64,000 nucleotides of DNA from Alteromonas naphthalenivorans (GCA_047631715.1 JBLICC010000001.1:1-64000); one strand, 5' to 3'. Counted from the stretch's first letter, positions 50,701 to 61,323 are shown. Numbers and translations are program-made. The notes: generated by a model from the sequence alone, not told the origin.

Positions 50701-51404
50701 GGTTGTGTATTCAATTCAGATGCTCCGATGTAGACTCCGGTTACGGTAGCACCATCTTCATGAGTTGCTTCGGTTGAATTAAAAGCTCCTCGAGTGACTG
50801 TTAAATCATTGCTTGAAATATTGGTGATACTCATATATTCGGAATCTATTTTAATGGTTGTATTATTATCAAATACAGTAGCATCAATAACGGTGACTGT
50901 TGTATCGATAGCGCTTAATTGTCCGCCTTCATTTAAAGTAGTTTGTCCGCCAACATTAGTAGTTGAAGAATTACTTATAGATTGTATTCCAGTTGCGGGA
51001 TTAGTTTCAGTCGGTTTTTCTGTATGAAGTAGTGTTTGTAGTCGAAAGGCAGTTTGTGCTACTGCATCATTGACATAACGAATTCTATAATATTGATTAA
51101 GTGTTAAAAGGGAGTGGTGGAGATCCTGTGTTAAATCATTTATTGCAAAACTTTTTGTTCTATCCCAGTTGATGTTGTCGGGAGAAAAATCCACATGTAA
51201 GGTTCCTGTTGCAGTAGATGGTGTTCCATAAGCAGTCACTAATATCGAAGAGAATTCGCTAGCGTTTGTACTTTCTCCGGTAAAAGTTGCATCTCCTGTT
51301 AGTGTTGCTGTTGTACTATTTTTAGTATCGATGAAACCTTGCCCGTTAATAGGGAGAATATAAAGTAAGCAAAGTGCTAAATAGAGAAAGAGTTGTTTTT
51401 TCAT
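47760..51404 (-). CDS. Large secreted phage/virus-structural-like protein (1214 aa)
   Basis: Signal peptide; four repeated beta-sandwich modules, two RGAF.(S/T)T..ATH inserts, C-terminal YQWLGFG domain. Confidence 0.72.
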   Translation of the reverse strand: MKKQLFLYLALCLLYILPINGQGFIDTKNSTTATLTGDATFTGESTNASEFSSILVTAYGTPSTATGTLHVDFSPDNINWDRTKSFAINDLTQDLHHSLLTLNQYYRIRYVNDAVAQTAFRLQTLLHTEKPTETNPATGIQSISNSSTTNVGGQTTLNEGGQLSAIDTTVTVIDATVFDNNTTIKIDSEYMSITNISSNDLTVTRGAFNSTEATHEDGATVTGVYIGASELNTQPDVMVSLKSNTAGTEYFDFSNDGVLWDTFPVTGFTVAANIHEFHTAVKGKRYFRIRFENGSASKTTSFRVNTYYGVFRQGNLPLNQTVGDDSDSTIVRAIGMGKEPQGAYSNTKQDGSAFRTTTNLGGTTLSGELASGATGAQTLFTDVSGFAASGYIYIGTEFIAYTAKTGTTSLTISERGAFGTTAATHASAAVVGGAYSSGLLTLEGYTEVATKILCSNTGQMRFQWYSDSAGTDTIRTLAPPYATINSYDFLGAPSFGPYVRYIFANTQSSDTTDFFFETEFYTKSISAQVLTLNSTIVNGMTSNLTRSIGVGQQPDGDFVNTPADGSAFNNVSDGTTTLIANAIYTSAWTDTDGFNFIELFITTDVISATNGIEVQFTDDVQTGQTIQFTRLYTFSSTDISTGYKKITIPTALDGFRVKYTNGGTGQANFYLEATLKVNGILDTVRLNTGLTDDSEAQLSRSVLVGKNSAGDYRNILIGPDDSLGVQLQGQGSVTAFGELAVAQPHAQVVEHFAYNVNSLRMDSRTNQSGAITQLDRMINLQTGAAAESSATSQTRSTVTYTPGEGALCRFTALYTTGVANSYQYVGIGDTQNGFFFGYQGTEFGVCRRTGGQPEVRTLTVSSKASSADNVTITLDNQIKTDVAVTSGTDTTVTANEIAAADYSDVGKGWTAKAVNDTVLFLSWDSSSHPGSYSLADPNVTSAAGTFASTLVGTGTTDTFTSQANWSIDTFDGTGSGGVTLDTTKGNVYQIRYQWLGFGAITYAIENASTGNFEVCHIEAFSNSSLTPSVDNPTLPLFYQVKNDSNTTNLTLKSGSIGGFIEGKPNPFGVVRGVSATTTTIDTTESPILSIRNSFLYNSKINKDPVKLNFISMSVDHTKPITLGFYANSNLVGASFADIETNTSLVQKDTSATGFSGGTLLFKLALGKTGNEYISLVNDPASGILQPGDDITITGITSAGSGGEANVSLNFIEKI

Positions 51405-51421
51405 TTAGTTAGTCCTTAATC

Positions 51422-52939
51422 TTAATAGGGGGTAATACTTATATTTTTAATAGTTGGTAGCGTTATACTTGCAAGGTCTACTATGTCTGTGTCTGCTATT
51501 ACATTTGCTGTACTGTAACTCAATGAATAATTATTTTGTGGTTGTGTTCCAATTGTATCTCTGTTGTTGAATGCAAAATTATATGCTAAAAGATTGATAG
51601 CGCTTGCTGTTGAATCTCTTATTCCTATACCTTTGTTTTTAGCATTACTGATGTTATTAGATACATTTGAATGTTCAATATAGATATTTGTAGTGGTGGA
51701 TACCAGTTCTATACCAATTCCAAATCCGTTAGTATTCCCATCATTTGAGAAAGAAGAGCAATTTGTAATAGTGGAAGTTCGTGTATCGTTACCTAGAATA
51801 AATCCTGCTGCAATGGAGCTTGGATTAGTACTTGCCAGTTGACCAAAAGTATTACAGTTTTTAAAAATACATCCCTTTGTAGCCCCTTTGGGAGTGCTCG
51901 TATCTCTCACTGTTCTAAATCCGGCAGCCTCCATTCCAAGGGTAGCATTGGAAACAGATTGTCCACTTGCAGTGCATGCTATAAATTGATTGTTAAAACA
52001 GGATTCTTGTAAAAATCCTGCAGCTGTAACACCCGAACTATTATTTGATGCTTTGCAATTTTCAACAATACTATTATTAGTATCATTAAAATAAAATCCT
52101 GCACCAGTTCCGGTTGTAACGCTTGATGCTGCATAGGTTGGCGAAGAAGCGTTTCCATTAGATATACAATTTTGTATTTGTGTAGTTGTACATGTTATGA
52201 GGTAAAATCCAGCTCCAATGAGATCGCCTTCGCAAAGAGAAGCACTTGAATTTTGAATAATTGGGTATTTGCAGTTATCAATGTAATAACCAACTCCCTG
52301 AAATGTTTTACCAATATTGCGTACGCTATCGGTATGGCAATGTGAAATTGTTAAATGGTTGGTATAATTGGCGTAAATTCCATAAGCATTTTGTGTTTGA
52401 GGAACCGTAGAGAATGTTAAACAGTTGTCTATAACACAATGTGCAATTTCGTTTGGATCTACAGCACCGGCAAGGGTAATACCACCGGTAGTGGCAACGT
52501 TGTTGATGTTGCATGAGTTACATTCAACATTACTGATTTTAATATTATGAACGTTTTGATTAACTAAAATTCCGGATTTACCTACGCTGTAGATAGTTCC
52601 GTTTTTTATTTAGATATTATTCATATATTTAGCAAATTAAATGCCGTTCATACTGGAGTAAGTTTTACCTGTAATAGTATAGCCATTGAGGTCTACAGTA
52701 ACGTTATTTGAATTAATGAGAATTGTTCGAGTTGTTGAGACAGACGTGATGTCTTCGGTTAATACGTATATTCCAGGGCTAGTAATATTGAAGGTTTTCG
52801 CTAAAGTTTGTGCTCCAACTGCCATAAAATTACTTTTACTCACATAGGTAACAAGTTTTGATGATCCATATGATGCTGTTTGAGAAGTAAAGATGCAACT
52901 GAGGGTTAGAATTATAAATATATCTTTAAATTTGTTCAT
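51422..52939 (-). pseudogene. Right-handed beta-helix protein interrupted by two in-frame TAA codons (52637-52639, 52610-52612); possibly an assembly artefact
   Basis: A single frame of 506 codons; N-terminal third is nearly identical to 54372..55871, which has GAA at both stop positions; the rest of the frame is open. Confidence 0.8.
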
Positions 52940-52965
52940 TATATTTTTTCTCTCTATGGTGACTA

Positions 52966-54345
52966 TTAAGTTGTAACATCGATATTTCCACGGTTATCTT
53001 TTAAACTAGAGCGGGAAGATTTAAAGTTAATCTGTTGTATAGAGTTCAGAGTTGAATGAGTGACGCCGTAATTTATAGCATTTCCAAAAGCTATGTTTGA
53101 AGCTAGAAAGCTTAATGAATTTTCTTCTTCTTGAATTCCCCAACTTCCTGCTGTTCCATGATTATAATACAGTTTATTTTCTTCGATAATGCATCTTGAG
53201 GTATTTATTAGATGAATGCCATATCCTTTTCCTGTTCCACCGTTATTATAATTACAGGTGGAATGATCTACGATTACTCCGTAAGTATTAGAAAGTATAA
53301 TTCCACAGCCTTTTGAGGTAGTTAACGAACCTCCGGTGTTGCCAAAAGAAGTTATGCGGGTAAAGCAATTACTGGTTCCTGTTGTAATACATATCCCAGA
53401 TGCATTGCCTGTGGTGAGCACTTTTTGACACGAGGTTGTGCAATCAAATACTTGGTTATAACTTGCATTGGAATGAAAATAAATGCCACGAGAATTGGTG
53501 GCTGCCGTGTTATAGAATGATGTACTGTTTTTAAAGGTATTTCCTTGTCCTCCTGAGCATTCTATGCCCGCCGCTCCCCCCACACTTGATGAGTTTCCAT
53601 TTGTTTCTATGTTATCAACTTCAAATGCAATACAGTTGTTGAGGTGTAAGCCTGAAACGGTGTCTCCGGAATTGTTATTTATGGCACAATTATTGATAGA
53701 GCAATCTATGCAGTTGGTAGCCGTTATACCAAAAGCGTTATAGCCTGTTGGTGCACGAACTCCAATAAATGAACAATTGTGTACGGTAATGTTTTTATTA
53801 GAAGTTAAAGATAATCCAAAGTTGTTTTTTTTATTTGTTAAACTTTTACCAGCAAAGCAATTATTAATAAACATGGTGTCTGTACCGGTTTGCACTTCAA
53901 TACCGCCGCTGCGTGCTTGTGCAATAGTAAGATTATTAAGTGTAATATTAAAGCAGTTCTGGCCCATTATAATTGCTGTTCCGGTGATGTTATTAATATT
54001 ACCGTTTTTAATGGTTATGTTAGAAAGTCCATCGGCAATATTAATACCAGTTATATTCTTGTTAGAAGAGCCCGCATTTTTTTGTGAGAGGGTAAAATTT
54101 TGTAAATTGATCGTTACATTATTGGAAGTAATATTAATGATTGTACCGGATGTAATAAAATCTACATTTGTTCCACTACTAAAATGATAGTTGCCAGGTT
54201 CATTAAGTAACACTGGTTTAAAAGATTGAGGAGCGATAAGCGCATATTTTAAAGGATTCGAATATATGATTTGGACTCCACGTGTTTGTCCGTAGCAAGG
54301 TGTTAATGTAATGATTATATATATAATAAAATTATATTTTAACAC
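52966..54345 (-). CDS. Secreted right-handed parallel beta-helix protein
   Basis: PGNY..NNVTINL.NFTL..GI.I..NITIKNG.I; repeated GI.L..C..N turns. Confidence 0.82.
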   Translation of the reverse strand: MLKYNFIIYIIITLTPCYGQTRGVQIIYSNPLKYALIAPQSFKPVLLNEPGNYHFSSGTNVDFITSGTIINITSNNVTINLQNFTLSQKNAGSSNKNITGINIADGLSNITIKNGNINNITGTAIIMGQNCFNITLNNLTIAQARSGGIEVQTGTDTMFINNCFAGKSLTNKKNNFGLSLTSNKNITVHNCSFIGVRAPTGYNAFGITATNCIDCSINNCAINNNSGDTVSGLHLNNCIAFEVDNIETNGNSSSVGGAAGIECSGGQGNTFKNSTSFYNTAATNSRGIYFHSNASYNQVFDCTTSCQKVLTTGNASGICITTGTSNCFTRITSFGNTGGSLTTSKGCGIILSNTYGVIVDHSTCNYNNGGTGKGYGIHLINTSRCIIEENKLYYNHGTAGSWGIQEEENSLSFLASNIAFGNAINYGVTHSTLNSIQQINFKSSRSSLKDNRGNIDVTT

Positions 54346-54371
54346 CTTATATTTCCTATATTTTAACCTTA

Positions 54372-55871
54372 TTATACATGAGCACTAGCAGCTATAAAGT
54401 TCCATCCTTTTGTATTTGATTGTGTACTATCATAAGTATCTAGATCTGTGCCATACGTAGGAACGGTATATTTGTTTGATGATAGTTCGGTACCTACTGG
54501 AGTTGTATTTGTATTGATATTACCAGCACATGTGTTTTCGAAGAAAAAAGTGTATGTATTAGCAATAACTTCATCTTCATGAATACCGAAAACTGAGCTA
54601 GTGCTGCCTGCAGTGTTAGAAAAACAATTATTCCCTTTAATAACGCACCGTAAAAGAGATGCTCCTGATAGATAAATGCCATATGCTGATCCGCTCATTC
54701 CATTATTACCAAAAGAAAGAGAGTCTTCGATTATACAGAATCGAGTGTCGCTTCCAAGTAAAAATCCCGCAGAGTTGGTTATAGAGCCAAGTGCTGTTTG
54801 GCCCATTGCAGTACAATTTTTAAATATACATGCAATGGTAGCACCTTTGCTTGCTGCTCGAGTAGTTTCAAATCCAGTAGCATTGCCTGTTGCAGATGTG
54901 GTACGTGTTTGGTTGCCATTTGCAGTACAGTGTAAGAATCTATTATTAACACATGAACTTACATAGAAACCAGATACGCTACCATTGCCACCATTGTTAA
55001 TACTTTGGCAATTATCAATGAGACTGTTGTTGGTATCTTCAAAGTAATATCCATATCCTGCTCCTAGTACTACATCTGCAGCATTTGTTCCAGATGATTC
55101 GCAGTTGATTAATTGCGCACTTGTGCAGGTTAAAAGATAAAAGCCAGCTGCTGTTGTATCACCTTCAGATAGATAAGCAGAGGTATTTGTAATAATTGGA
55201 TATTCGCTGCTTTTGATATAAATACCATAGCTACTAAATGTATTTCCAATATTTCGAACATTTTCTGCACGGCAGTTGTTAATGGTTAAATATTTTGCTT
55301 CGTTAGCATAAATTCCATAAGCATTTTGTGTTTGAGGAACCGTAGAGAATGTTAAACAGTTGTCTATAACACAATGTGCAATTTCGTTTGGAGTTACAGC
55401 TCCGATAAGGGTAATGCCACCGGTAGTGGCAACGTTGTTGATGTTACATGAGTTACATTCAACATTACTAATTTTAATATTATGAACGTTCTGATTAACT
55501 AAAATTCCGGACTTTCCTACGCTATAGATAGTTCCGTTTTTTATTTCGATATTGTTCATATCTTGAGCAACTTCAATGCCGTTCATACTGGAGTCAGTTT
55601 TACCTGTAATAGTATAGCCATTGAGGTCTACAGTAACGTTATTTGAATTAATGAGAATTGTTCGAGTTGTTGATACAGACGTGATGTCTTCGGTTAATAC
55701 GTATATTCCAGGGCTAGTAATATTGAAGGTTTTCGCTAAAGTTTGTGCTCCAACTGTCATAAAATTACTTTTACTTACATAGGTAACAAGTTTTGATGAT
55801 CCATACGATGCAGCTTGCGAAATATTCATAAAGCTTAAAGCCGCAATGATAAATAATATTTTTTTATTCAT
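54372..55871 (-). CDS. Secreted right-handed parallel beta-helix protein
   Basis: Signal peptide; ITSPGIYVLTEDI..NNVTVDLNGYTI; PbH1-like repeats. Confidence 0.85.
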   Translation of the reverse strand: MNKKILFIIAALSFMNISQAASYGSSKLVTYVSKSNFMTVGAQTLAKTFNITSPGIYVLTEDITSVSTTRTILINSNNVTVDLNGYTITGKTDSSMNGIEVAQDMNNIEIKNGTIYSVGKSGILVNQNVHNIKISNVECNSCNINNVATTGGITLIGAVTPNEIAHCVIDNCLTFSTVPQTQNAYGIYANEAKYLTINNCRAENVRNIGNTFSSYGIYIKSSEYPIITNTSAYLSEGDTTAAGFYLLTCTSAQLINCESSGTNAADVVLGAGYGYYFEDTNNSLIDNCQSINNGGNGSVSGFYVSSCVNNRFLHCTANGNQTRTTSATGNATGFETTRAASKGATIACIFKNCTAMGQTALGSITNSAGFLLGSDTRFCIIEDSLSFGNNGMSGSAYGIYLSGASLLRCVIKGNNCFSNTAGSTSSVFGIHEDEVIANTYTFFFENTCAGNINTNTTPVGTELSSNKYTVPTYGTDLDTYDSTQSNTKGWNFIAASAHV

Positions 55872-58199
55872 TTATAACTCTTTTATTTTAATAGTTTTAC
55901 GCGGTTTATAAGCTTTTTGCATATTCTTAAAGAACAGTGAATCAAAGCTGTAGGTAATGCCTACTGTTGCAAAAAGGGCAATATCTTTACCAAGGGTAAT
56001 ATTAAATTGTTCTGGGATAGTAAAAATTGCGGTTTGATTTGCTACGATAAGATTTTTTTGTTGTTCGTAGGAAATATATTTACCTTCTGCTGTGTTGTAA
56101 TATTTTCCTGGTACAAAGATGGCGAATGTTCCAGAAATATCAAGATCGTGAGTAATTTTGTGATGAGCTGAAGCATTGAATTCAATACCTAAGTAAGGAT
56201 CTAAATTCTTTTTAGCATCTGTTTGACGTGCTGCTGAATAGTCTAAGGCAATAAATTCTGTGTAAGGCATGCTGGTATCTTTGGTTGTTTGAGCTTTTTG
56301 TGAGTACAGAATGAAGTTAAAGTCTGTGAAGAATTCTTTGTGTTTATAGACGCTGTGATGCTTAAGTCCCCAACCTACAAAGAGCAAATTGGTTAATTGT
56401 GGGGTGGTAAGGTTTGGGCATGAAACTAGAGGGCAATTAAGTTTTTGTACTTCATGAATAAAGCAGGGGTTAATACTTTTGCTTTTAAACATTTCGTGCG
56501 TTCCTGTAAAACCTTTGTATTTTTTATCGGTATCTTTATAGGTAAATGCGGTACCAGAACTGTCTGCTGCAAATCGACGCGTTGCCAAAATATAATCGTC
56601 AGAATCATTAGGACTATTATCACCAGATAAAATACCGAGAGAGGATCCCGCACGCCATTTTTTAAATTGATAACCAATGTCACCCATAACAAACCAACCA
56701 CGATAGGTATTTTTGTATGCGTTTCTAAAACGAGAGTTCGAGTTTTTATAAAAAAGTGGATCAGGAGTCATACCCGTAGCAGGGTTAATAGGGAAAATTT
56801 CTCCGTTAGCGAATCTTCTAGAATAATCGGTTGCAGGTGTTGCATCTGGTGTATATACCGATGCCGATGTTGGACTGTTGGGAATACCAAGAGCATGAGT
56901 ATAGAGACTTTCTTTAGCTGTTTCAGAAGCTATAGCAAGAGTAGCAGGATAAGTAGCAACTGGCACAAGATCGGGGTTAATAAAGAGTAAGTGAGTATTC
57001 CATGTTACAGCGGAAAAAATTAATTCGTTTCGATCCCATGCTTTTACTTTTTGATGACCTAAGTTTTGTGCACCTTCAATGCTTATGCTTAAGGGGCCGT
57101 TGTCCCATTCAAAACATCCACCAAAAGTATAAAGACGGCTGTAGGAATCTTCTTTAAATTCAACGTGTTGAGTATTATCATAATTTAATACAAAATATGG
57201 ATTTATAATACATTGTGTATCGGGATTTTTAAATTTAGGACGTGCTTTAATTTGTGCTGCAACAATATAACTATGTTTATCAATGCCGCGGGATGCATTT
57301 AAAATTTGTTCTGTATTTTGTGCAGCAGCATGTTCGGCTGTATTTTGAAAAGTACTATTGTAATTGGTGCCAAATCCAAGATAGAGATCCCAGAGGGCTT
57401 GATCATTACAAAAAGTACTACTTGCAAGTATGCCGGGTCTAAATTGGTCAATATCGTTGAGTGTATAACGTCCGGGAAGAGGTTGGCCTACTAATTCTGT
57501 GTGTCCATTTCCAAGCGCAATGCCGTGACCAATAGAGTAAGGGAATAGTCCTGTTGAGATAAAGCTTTTTTGGTCTTGGTCAAAGTAGTATTTTAACCAA
57601 AGTTCTCGCGCCCATAAACTAAAACGATTAATGTTGGTACTTGTTTTATATTCGGTGAAGGCCCACCCTAATTTGGTACGTTTTGGTTCTGTTTGCATAT
57701 AACGACCAGAGTCTCCGGCAACACCTTTCATACGAGCCATTACTTTGAATTCAATCGTTTCATTTTCTAAATGATGGGTATGCGGATGAATATAAAGGCC
57801 AGTATCAAAAGTGTATTGCATAAATGAATAGGCATCAGATTGATTTGAACCATTTAACAATTCAAGATTTGCACCATAGTAATAAGTGCTATCGAATTGT
57901 GCCATAAAGGTATAGGGTTCATCGGTTTCTTTGAGTCCTTCGCGCCAGATAGATTCTTGGTTTTCTAAATATTGTTTTTTATCAACTTCTTTTGCGAGAG
58001 AAAGTTTGTCTTTGTAGTCTTGTTTATCTTTTTTGTGAGCTTGGTAATAATCTTTATGCTGTTGCATAATAATATCCGAAGCTTTTTTCTCTTCGTCAGT
58101 TGCATGAATGCGTCGCCAATAACCTTTAGGAGCTGTAGATGCTCCGTATACAGGAAAGAGGAAACTTGTAAGGAGCAATACTATTAATGAATGTTTCAT
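55872..58199 (-). CDS. Probable outer-membrane beta-barrel protein
   Basis: Signal peptide; alternating aromatic beta strands (RELWLKY, GLFPYSIG.GIALG, DIGYQF, YLGIEFN, AIFVPGKYY, TVGITYSF). Confidence 0.7.
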   Translation of the reverse strand: MKHSLIVLLLTSFLFPVYGASTAPKGYWRRIHATDEEKKASDIIMQQHKDYYQAHKKDKQDYKDKLSLAKEVDKKQYLENQESIWREGLKETDEPYTFMAQFDSTYYYGANLELLNGSNQSDAYSFMQYTFDTGLYIHPHTHHLENETIEFKVMARMKGVAGDSGRYMQTEPKRTKLGWAFTEYKTSTNINRFSLWARELWLKYYFDQDQKSFISTGLFPYSIGHGIALGNGHTELVGQPLPGRYTLNDIDQFRPGILASSTFCNDQALWDLYLGFGTNYNSTFQNTAEHAAAQNTEQILNASRGIDKHSYIVAAQIKARPKFKNPDTQCIINPYFVLNYDNTQHVEFKEDSYSRLYTFGGCFEWDNGPLSISIEGAQNLGHQKVKAWDRNELIFSAVTWNTHLLFINPDLVPVATYPATLAIASETAKESLYTHALGIPNSPTSASVYTPDATPATDYSRRFANGEIFPINPATGMTPDPLFYKNSNSRFRNAYKNTYRGWFVMGDIGYQFKKWRAGSSLGILSGDNSPNDSDDYILATRRFAADSSGTAFTYKDTDKKYKGFTGTHEMFKSKSINPCFIHEVQKLNCPLVSCPNLTTPQLTNLLFVGWGLKHHSVYKHKEFFTDFNFILYSQKAQTTKDTSMPYTEFIALDYSAARQTDAKKNLDPYLGIEFNASAHHKITHDLDISGTFAIFVPGKYYNTAEGKYISYEQQKNLIVANQTAIFTIPEQFNITLGKDIALFATVGITYSFDSLFFKNMQKAYKPRKTIKIKEL

Positions 58200-58220
58200 A
58201 CTCGGTACCTCTTTCTTAGA

Positions 58221-61200
58221 TTATTCTATATCTATGTTGTACAGATTCGGTAAGTTTGCAAATTCTATTATTGAGTCCATGGTTCCCGTTGTTACCGGCC
58301 AGTTTGCCTTAGTGGTTCCTCCAATAGGAAGATCCATATAATAATTTGTAGTTACAACAGGAGAGGCTGCATCTTTATTGCCGTAAGCTGTGCAATTGAT
58401 AATGATATTATCGGTATCAGTAGATGCATCGTAAATTCCATAAGCTGTTGTTCCTGAGGATGCAGTTGTACAGTTTGCACTTGATTGGCAGCCATCTATT
58501 AAGCAATATTGGGTACTTGCATCAAGATAAATACCTGTTGCATTGCCTGTATGACTTGTTGTTCTTCCATTACCTCGTGCAATACAATTTTTTAAAGATG
58601 ACTGTTTTTCACTTTCTAGAGCAAATCCAAATGCTCCTTTACCACTATCACTTGTGCCACTTGTTCCAATGGCCGCGTTTCCATTTGCAGAGCAATTAAA
58701 CCATTGATTACTTTCGCCACTTGTAGAATAAAAACCATAAGCTACAGAAGTAGTACCATTAGTAGTTGTGTTATTTCTGAGTGCATTACAAGTTTCAAAA
58801 TTATTACCAATGGAAGCGCTTGTAAGTCTAAATCCGTAAGATGTAACTGCTCCAGTATTTGCATTTGCTATGCAATCTTTAAAGAGGCACCCTGTTGCAG
58901 CGCTAAGATAGAAGCCAACTGCACCTTCTGCTGTAGTTGCGCTAGTACCAGAGTTTCTGAGTGCTCTACAGTTGTCAAAGAAGCCACCACCAACTGAACT
59001 TAAGAAGAATCCATAGGCTTGATCTCCAGTGTGCCCACTCGACTCAACATTTATGCAGGTAACATCATTACAGCTTATAAACCATACACCGGCATGATCA
59101 CTACCACTGGTTGTTTCATTACAGTTGGCAACTTTGCAATCTTGCACAAGTATGCTGCTTCCACCAGAAAATTTAATTCCGTAGTTACTTGCTGCGGCTA
59201 AAAAGTTAGAAAGATTAGAATTGAGAATTGTAATGTTATTTGCGCCAGCAGCAACTAAGATTCCTGCAAGGCCTTTTTCTATAGAAAGGTTATCCATAGT
59301 AATGAGATAAGAATTTGCGCCAATATCTATGCCTTCGCCCAAATTGTTTCTACTGGATATTGCGCCTTTTTGCATGGTTACGTTATGTGCTCGTGCTCCA
59401 AAAACAATGCCGTCGGTTATGTGAGCAGAAATATTAAAGTCAGAAATAAATACTCGACTACAATCTGCGCCAAAATTCATACCGTTTGTTGTGCATGAGG
59501 TAAAATTACAATCTTGAATATCAATACCGTGTGAGCTTAATCCAACGTTAATACCATTTGCTCCTGGATAACCGAGGTTACAATTGAGAATGGCAACATT
59601 GTGAGAGAGGCTTCCGGTAAGAATGGCATCACTTGTTGAATTAGTGATTGCTACATTGTCGATAAGTGCTGTATGCGAATCGTAAATAATATTAATGCCT
59701 TTGTTTCCAGCGCTAGAAATGGTTCCATTAATCATGGTAACGCCTGTGCAGCTTGCAGCAAAATCGATACCAGAAGTTGTAGGTTCGGATATGGTGAAAT
59801 CTCTAATAAGAATGTCTTTTACAATTCCTGTTGCATTAATGCCGTTTCCGTCTGCATTGCCGATCGTAATATCTTTCATGGTCATGCCGTGGGTACGGTT
59901 GGTCATTTTAATGCCGTCACTACCCGCGCCATTAATTTTAATATGTTCTAGGTTTATGCCTTTTGGTCTACTATTAAAAGTGATTCCAGTAAGCCCAGAA
60001 TTGTTAATGGTAATGTTGTTAAAGTTAAAGCCATGCTTATTTGCAAAACCAAGAGCAGCAGAACCAGCAACGCCAACAACAATGCCATCTCTGCTTGCGC
60101 TAGAAACGATAACGTTGTTCATATTAATATCTTCTGATGCATTAAAGTCTATACCACGACCGCTTGATACATTGGTTATAGCTACATCCTTAATTTCGAT
60201 ACCGTATGATGTTCCGGTGAACGAAAGGCCATTCGAGCTTGATACGCCCCCTTGAATATTAGAAATACTACCGTTGTTTAAAAGAATGCCGTATGCGCCG
60301 GTTCCAAATTTAATGCCGCCATCGAGTGGGGCTACAGTTGTAACGTTACTAATTGAAAAATTTTCAAAAACAATGTCGTAAGATAAATCGCCAACTTCAA
60401 CTCCGCTTCCTGCAGCTACGTTTGAAATAGTAATGTCTCTTAAAAGAACATTGTAAGAATCACTTAAATCGATACCTTGACCTGTTACAGTAGCAATTTT
60501 AACGTCGTCAATAAGTACGTTGTGTGAAGCTTTAGTAACTCCAAAGTTAATTGCATCGGTAGTTGCTCCTGTTCCAATATCGGTAATTCTACCATTACTG
60601 ATGGTAATACCGTAACTTGCAGTAGTAAATTCAATAGCATGCATGCCTGTTCCAGAAAGGCTGTCGATAGCAAAGGTATCGAGATAAAAGTTTTGTGCAA
60701 CGCCAATAACTTCTATACCTTTACCGGTTGCTGTTCCATTACCGACAATAATAATGTTTTTTAAAGAAGTGTTAAATGATGTTCCTGCAAATTGAATAGC
60801 ATCACCAACAGAATCATTAATTGTTATGTTTTCAATAGTGAGTCCAACCATGGCAGCTGGAATCGAAATACCTATGCCTATGTGGTCTCGAATGGTACCG
60901 TTTTTAATAGTCACGTTATTGGTAGAAGAAATTACAATACCTGTTCCTAACCCTCCACCATCAAGTGTTTGACCACCAAGATCAAGTACCACATCGTCTG
61001 CGCTGATAGTTATCATGGCAGTAGTTGCAGAGGCGAGTGTTATGGTATCGATTAATAGATAGGTGCCGGGGGTGCTTATTGTAAGAGCGGTTGCTGCTCC
61101 GGTATCAAAACTACCAACAGAGAGCGGGATGGGATCGGATGAATAAGATGATGATGATCCGCCGGAGGATGATCCACCGGAGGAGGATATTCCTGTACCA

Positions 61201-61289
61201 ACGGGAACCTGTGCGCCGCTTGTTCCAACACCGTGTGCAAATCGTCCTGTGAGTAGGGTGGCTAGCAGCAAGATAACGTACCGTTTCAT
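58221..61289 (-). CDS. Large secreted right-handed beta-helix protein (1022 aa)
   Basis: Signal peptide, Ser/Gly linker, ISTPGTYLL..DVVLDLGGQTL, many GI.F....I.I.N..I rungs. Confidence 0.87.
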   Translation of the reverse strand: MKRYVILLLATLLTGRFAHGVGTSGAQVPVGTGISSSGGSSSGGSSSSYSSDPIPLSVGSFDTGAATALTISTPGTYLLIDTITLASATTAMITISADDVVLDLGGQTLDGGGLGTGIVISSTNNVTIKNGTIRDHIGIGISIPAAMVGLTIENITINDSVGDAIQFAGTSFNTSLKNIIIVGNGTATGKGIEVIGVAQNFYLDTFAIDSLSGTGMHAIEFTTASYGITISNGRITDIGTGATTDAINFGVTKASHNVLIDDVKIATVTGQGIDLSDSYNVLLRDITISNVAAGSGVEVGDLSYDIVFENFSISNVTTVAPLDGGIKFGTGAYGILLNNGSISNIQGGVSSSNGLSFTGTSYGIEIKDVAITNVSSGRGIDFNASEDINMNNVIVSSASRDGIVVGVAGSAALGFANKHGFNFNNITINNSGLTGITFNSRPKGINLEHIKINGAGSDGIKMTNRTHGMTMKDITIGNADGNGINATGIVKDILIRDFTISEPTTSGIDFAASCTGVTMINGTISSAGNKGINIIYDSHTALIDNVAITNSTSDAILTGSLSHNVAILNCNLGYPGANGINVGLSSHGIDIQDCNFTSCTTNGMNFGADCSRVFISDFNISAHITDGIVFGARAHNVTMQKGAISSRNNLGEGIDIGANSYLITMDNLSIEKGLAGILVAAGANNITILNSNLSNFLAAASNYGIKFSGGSSILVQDCKVANCNETTSGSDHAGVWFISCNDVTCINVESSGHTGDQAYGFFLSSVGGGFFDNCRALRNSGTSATTAEGAVGFYLSAATGCLFKDCIANANTGAVTSYGFRLTSASIGNNFETCNALRNNTTTNGTTSVAYGFYSTSGESNQWFNCSANGNAAIGTSGTSDSGKGAFGFALESEKQSSLKNCIARGNGRTTSHTGNATGIYLDASTQYCLIDGCQSSANCTTASSGTTAYGIYDASTDTDNIIINCTAYGNKDAASPVVTTNYYMDLPIGGTTKANWPVTTGTMDSIIEFANLPNLYNIDIE

Positions 61290-61323
61290 TCATCTCTCCT
61301 TTTGTCTTATACTCTTTATTTAT

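Noticed and set aside
45674..51404. Prophage
   Set aside because: No integrase, terminase, capsid or portal genes; proteins have signal peptides and sit in a host operon next to dnaE
52610..52639. Stop-codon reassignment or readthrough of TAA
   Set aside because: TAA terminates many ordinary genes in this window, and the stops coincide with neighbouring missense C>A changes
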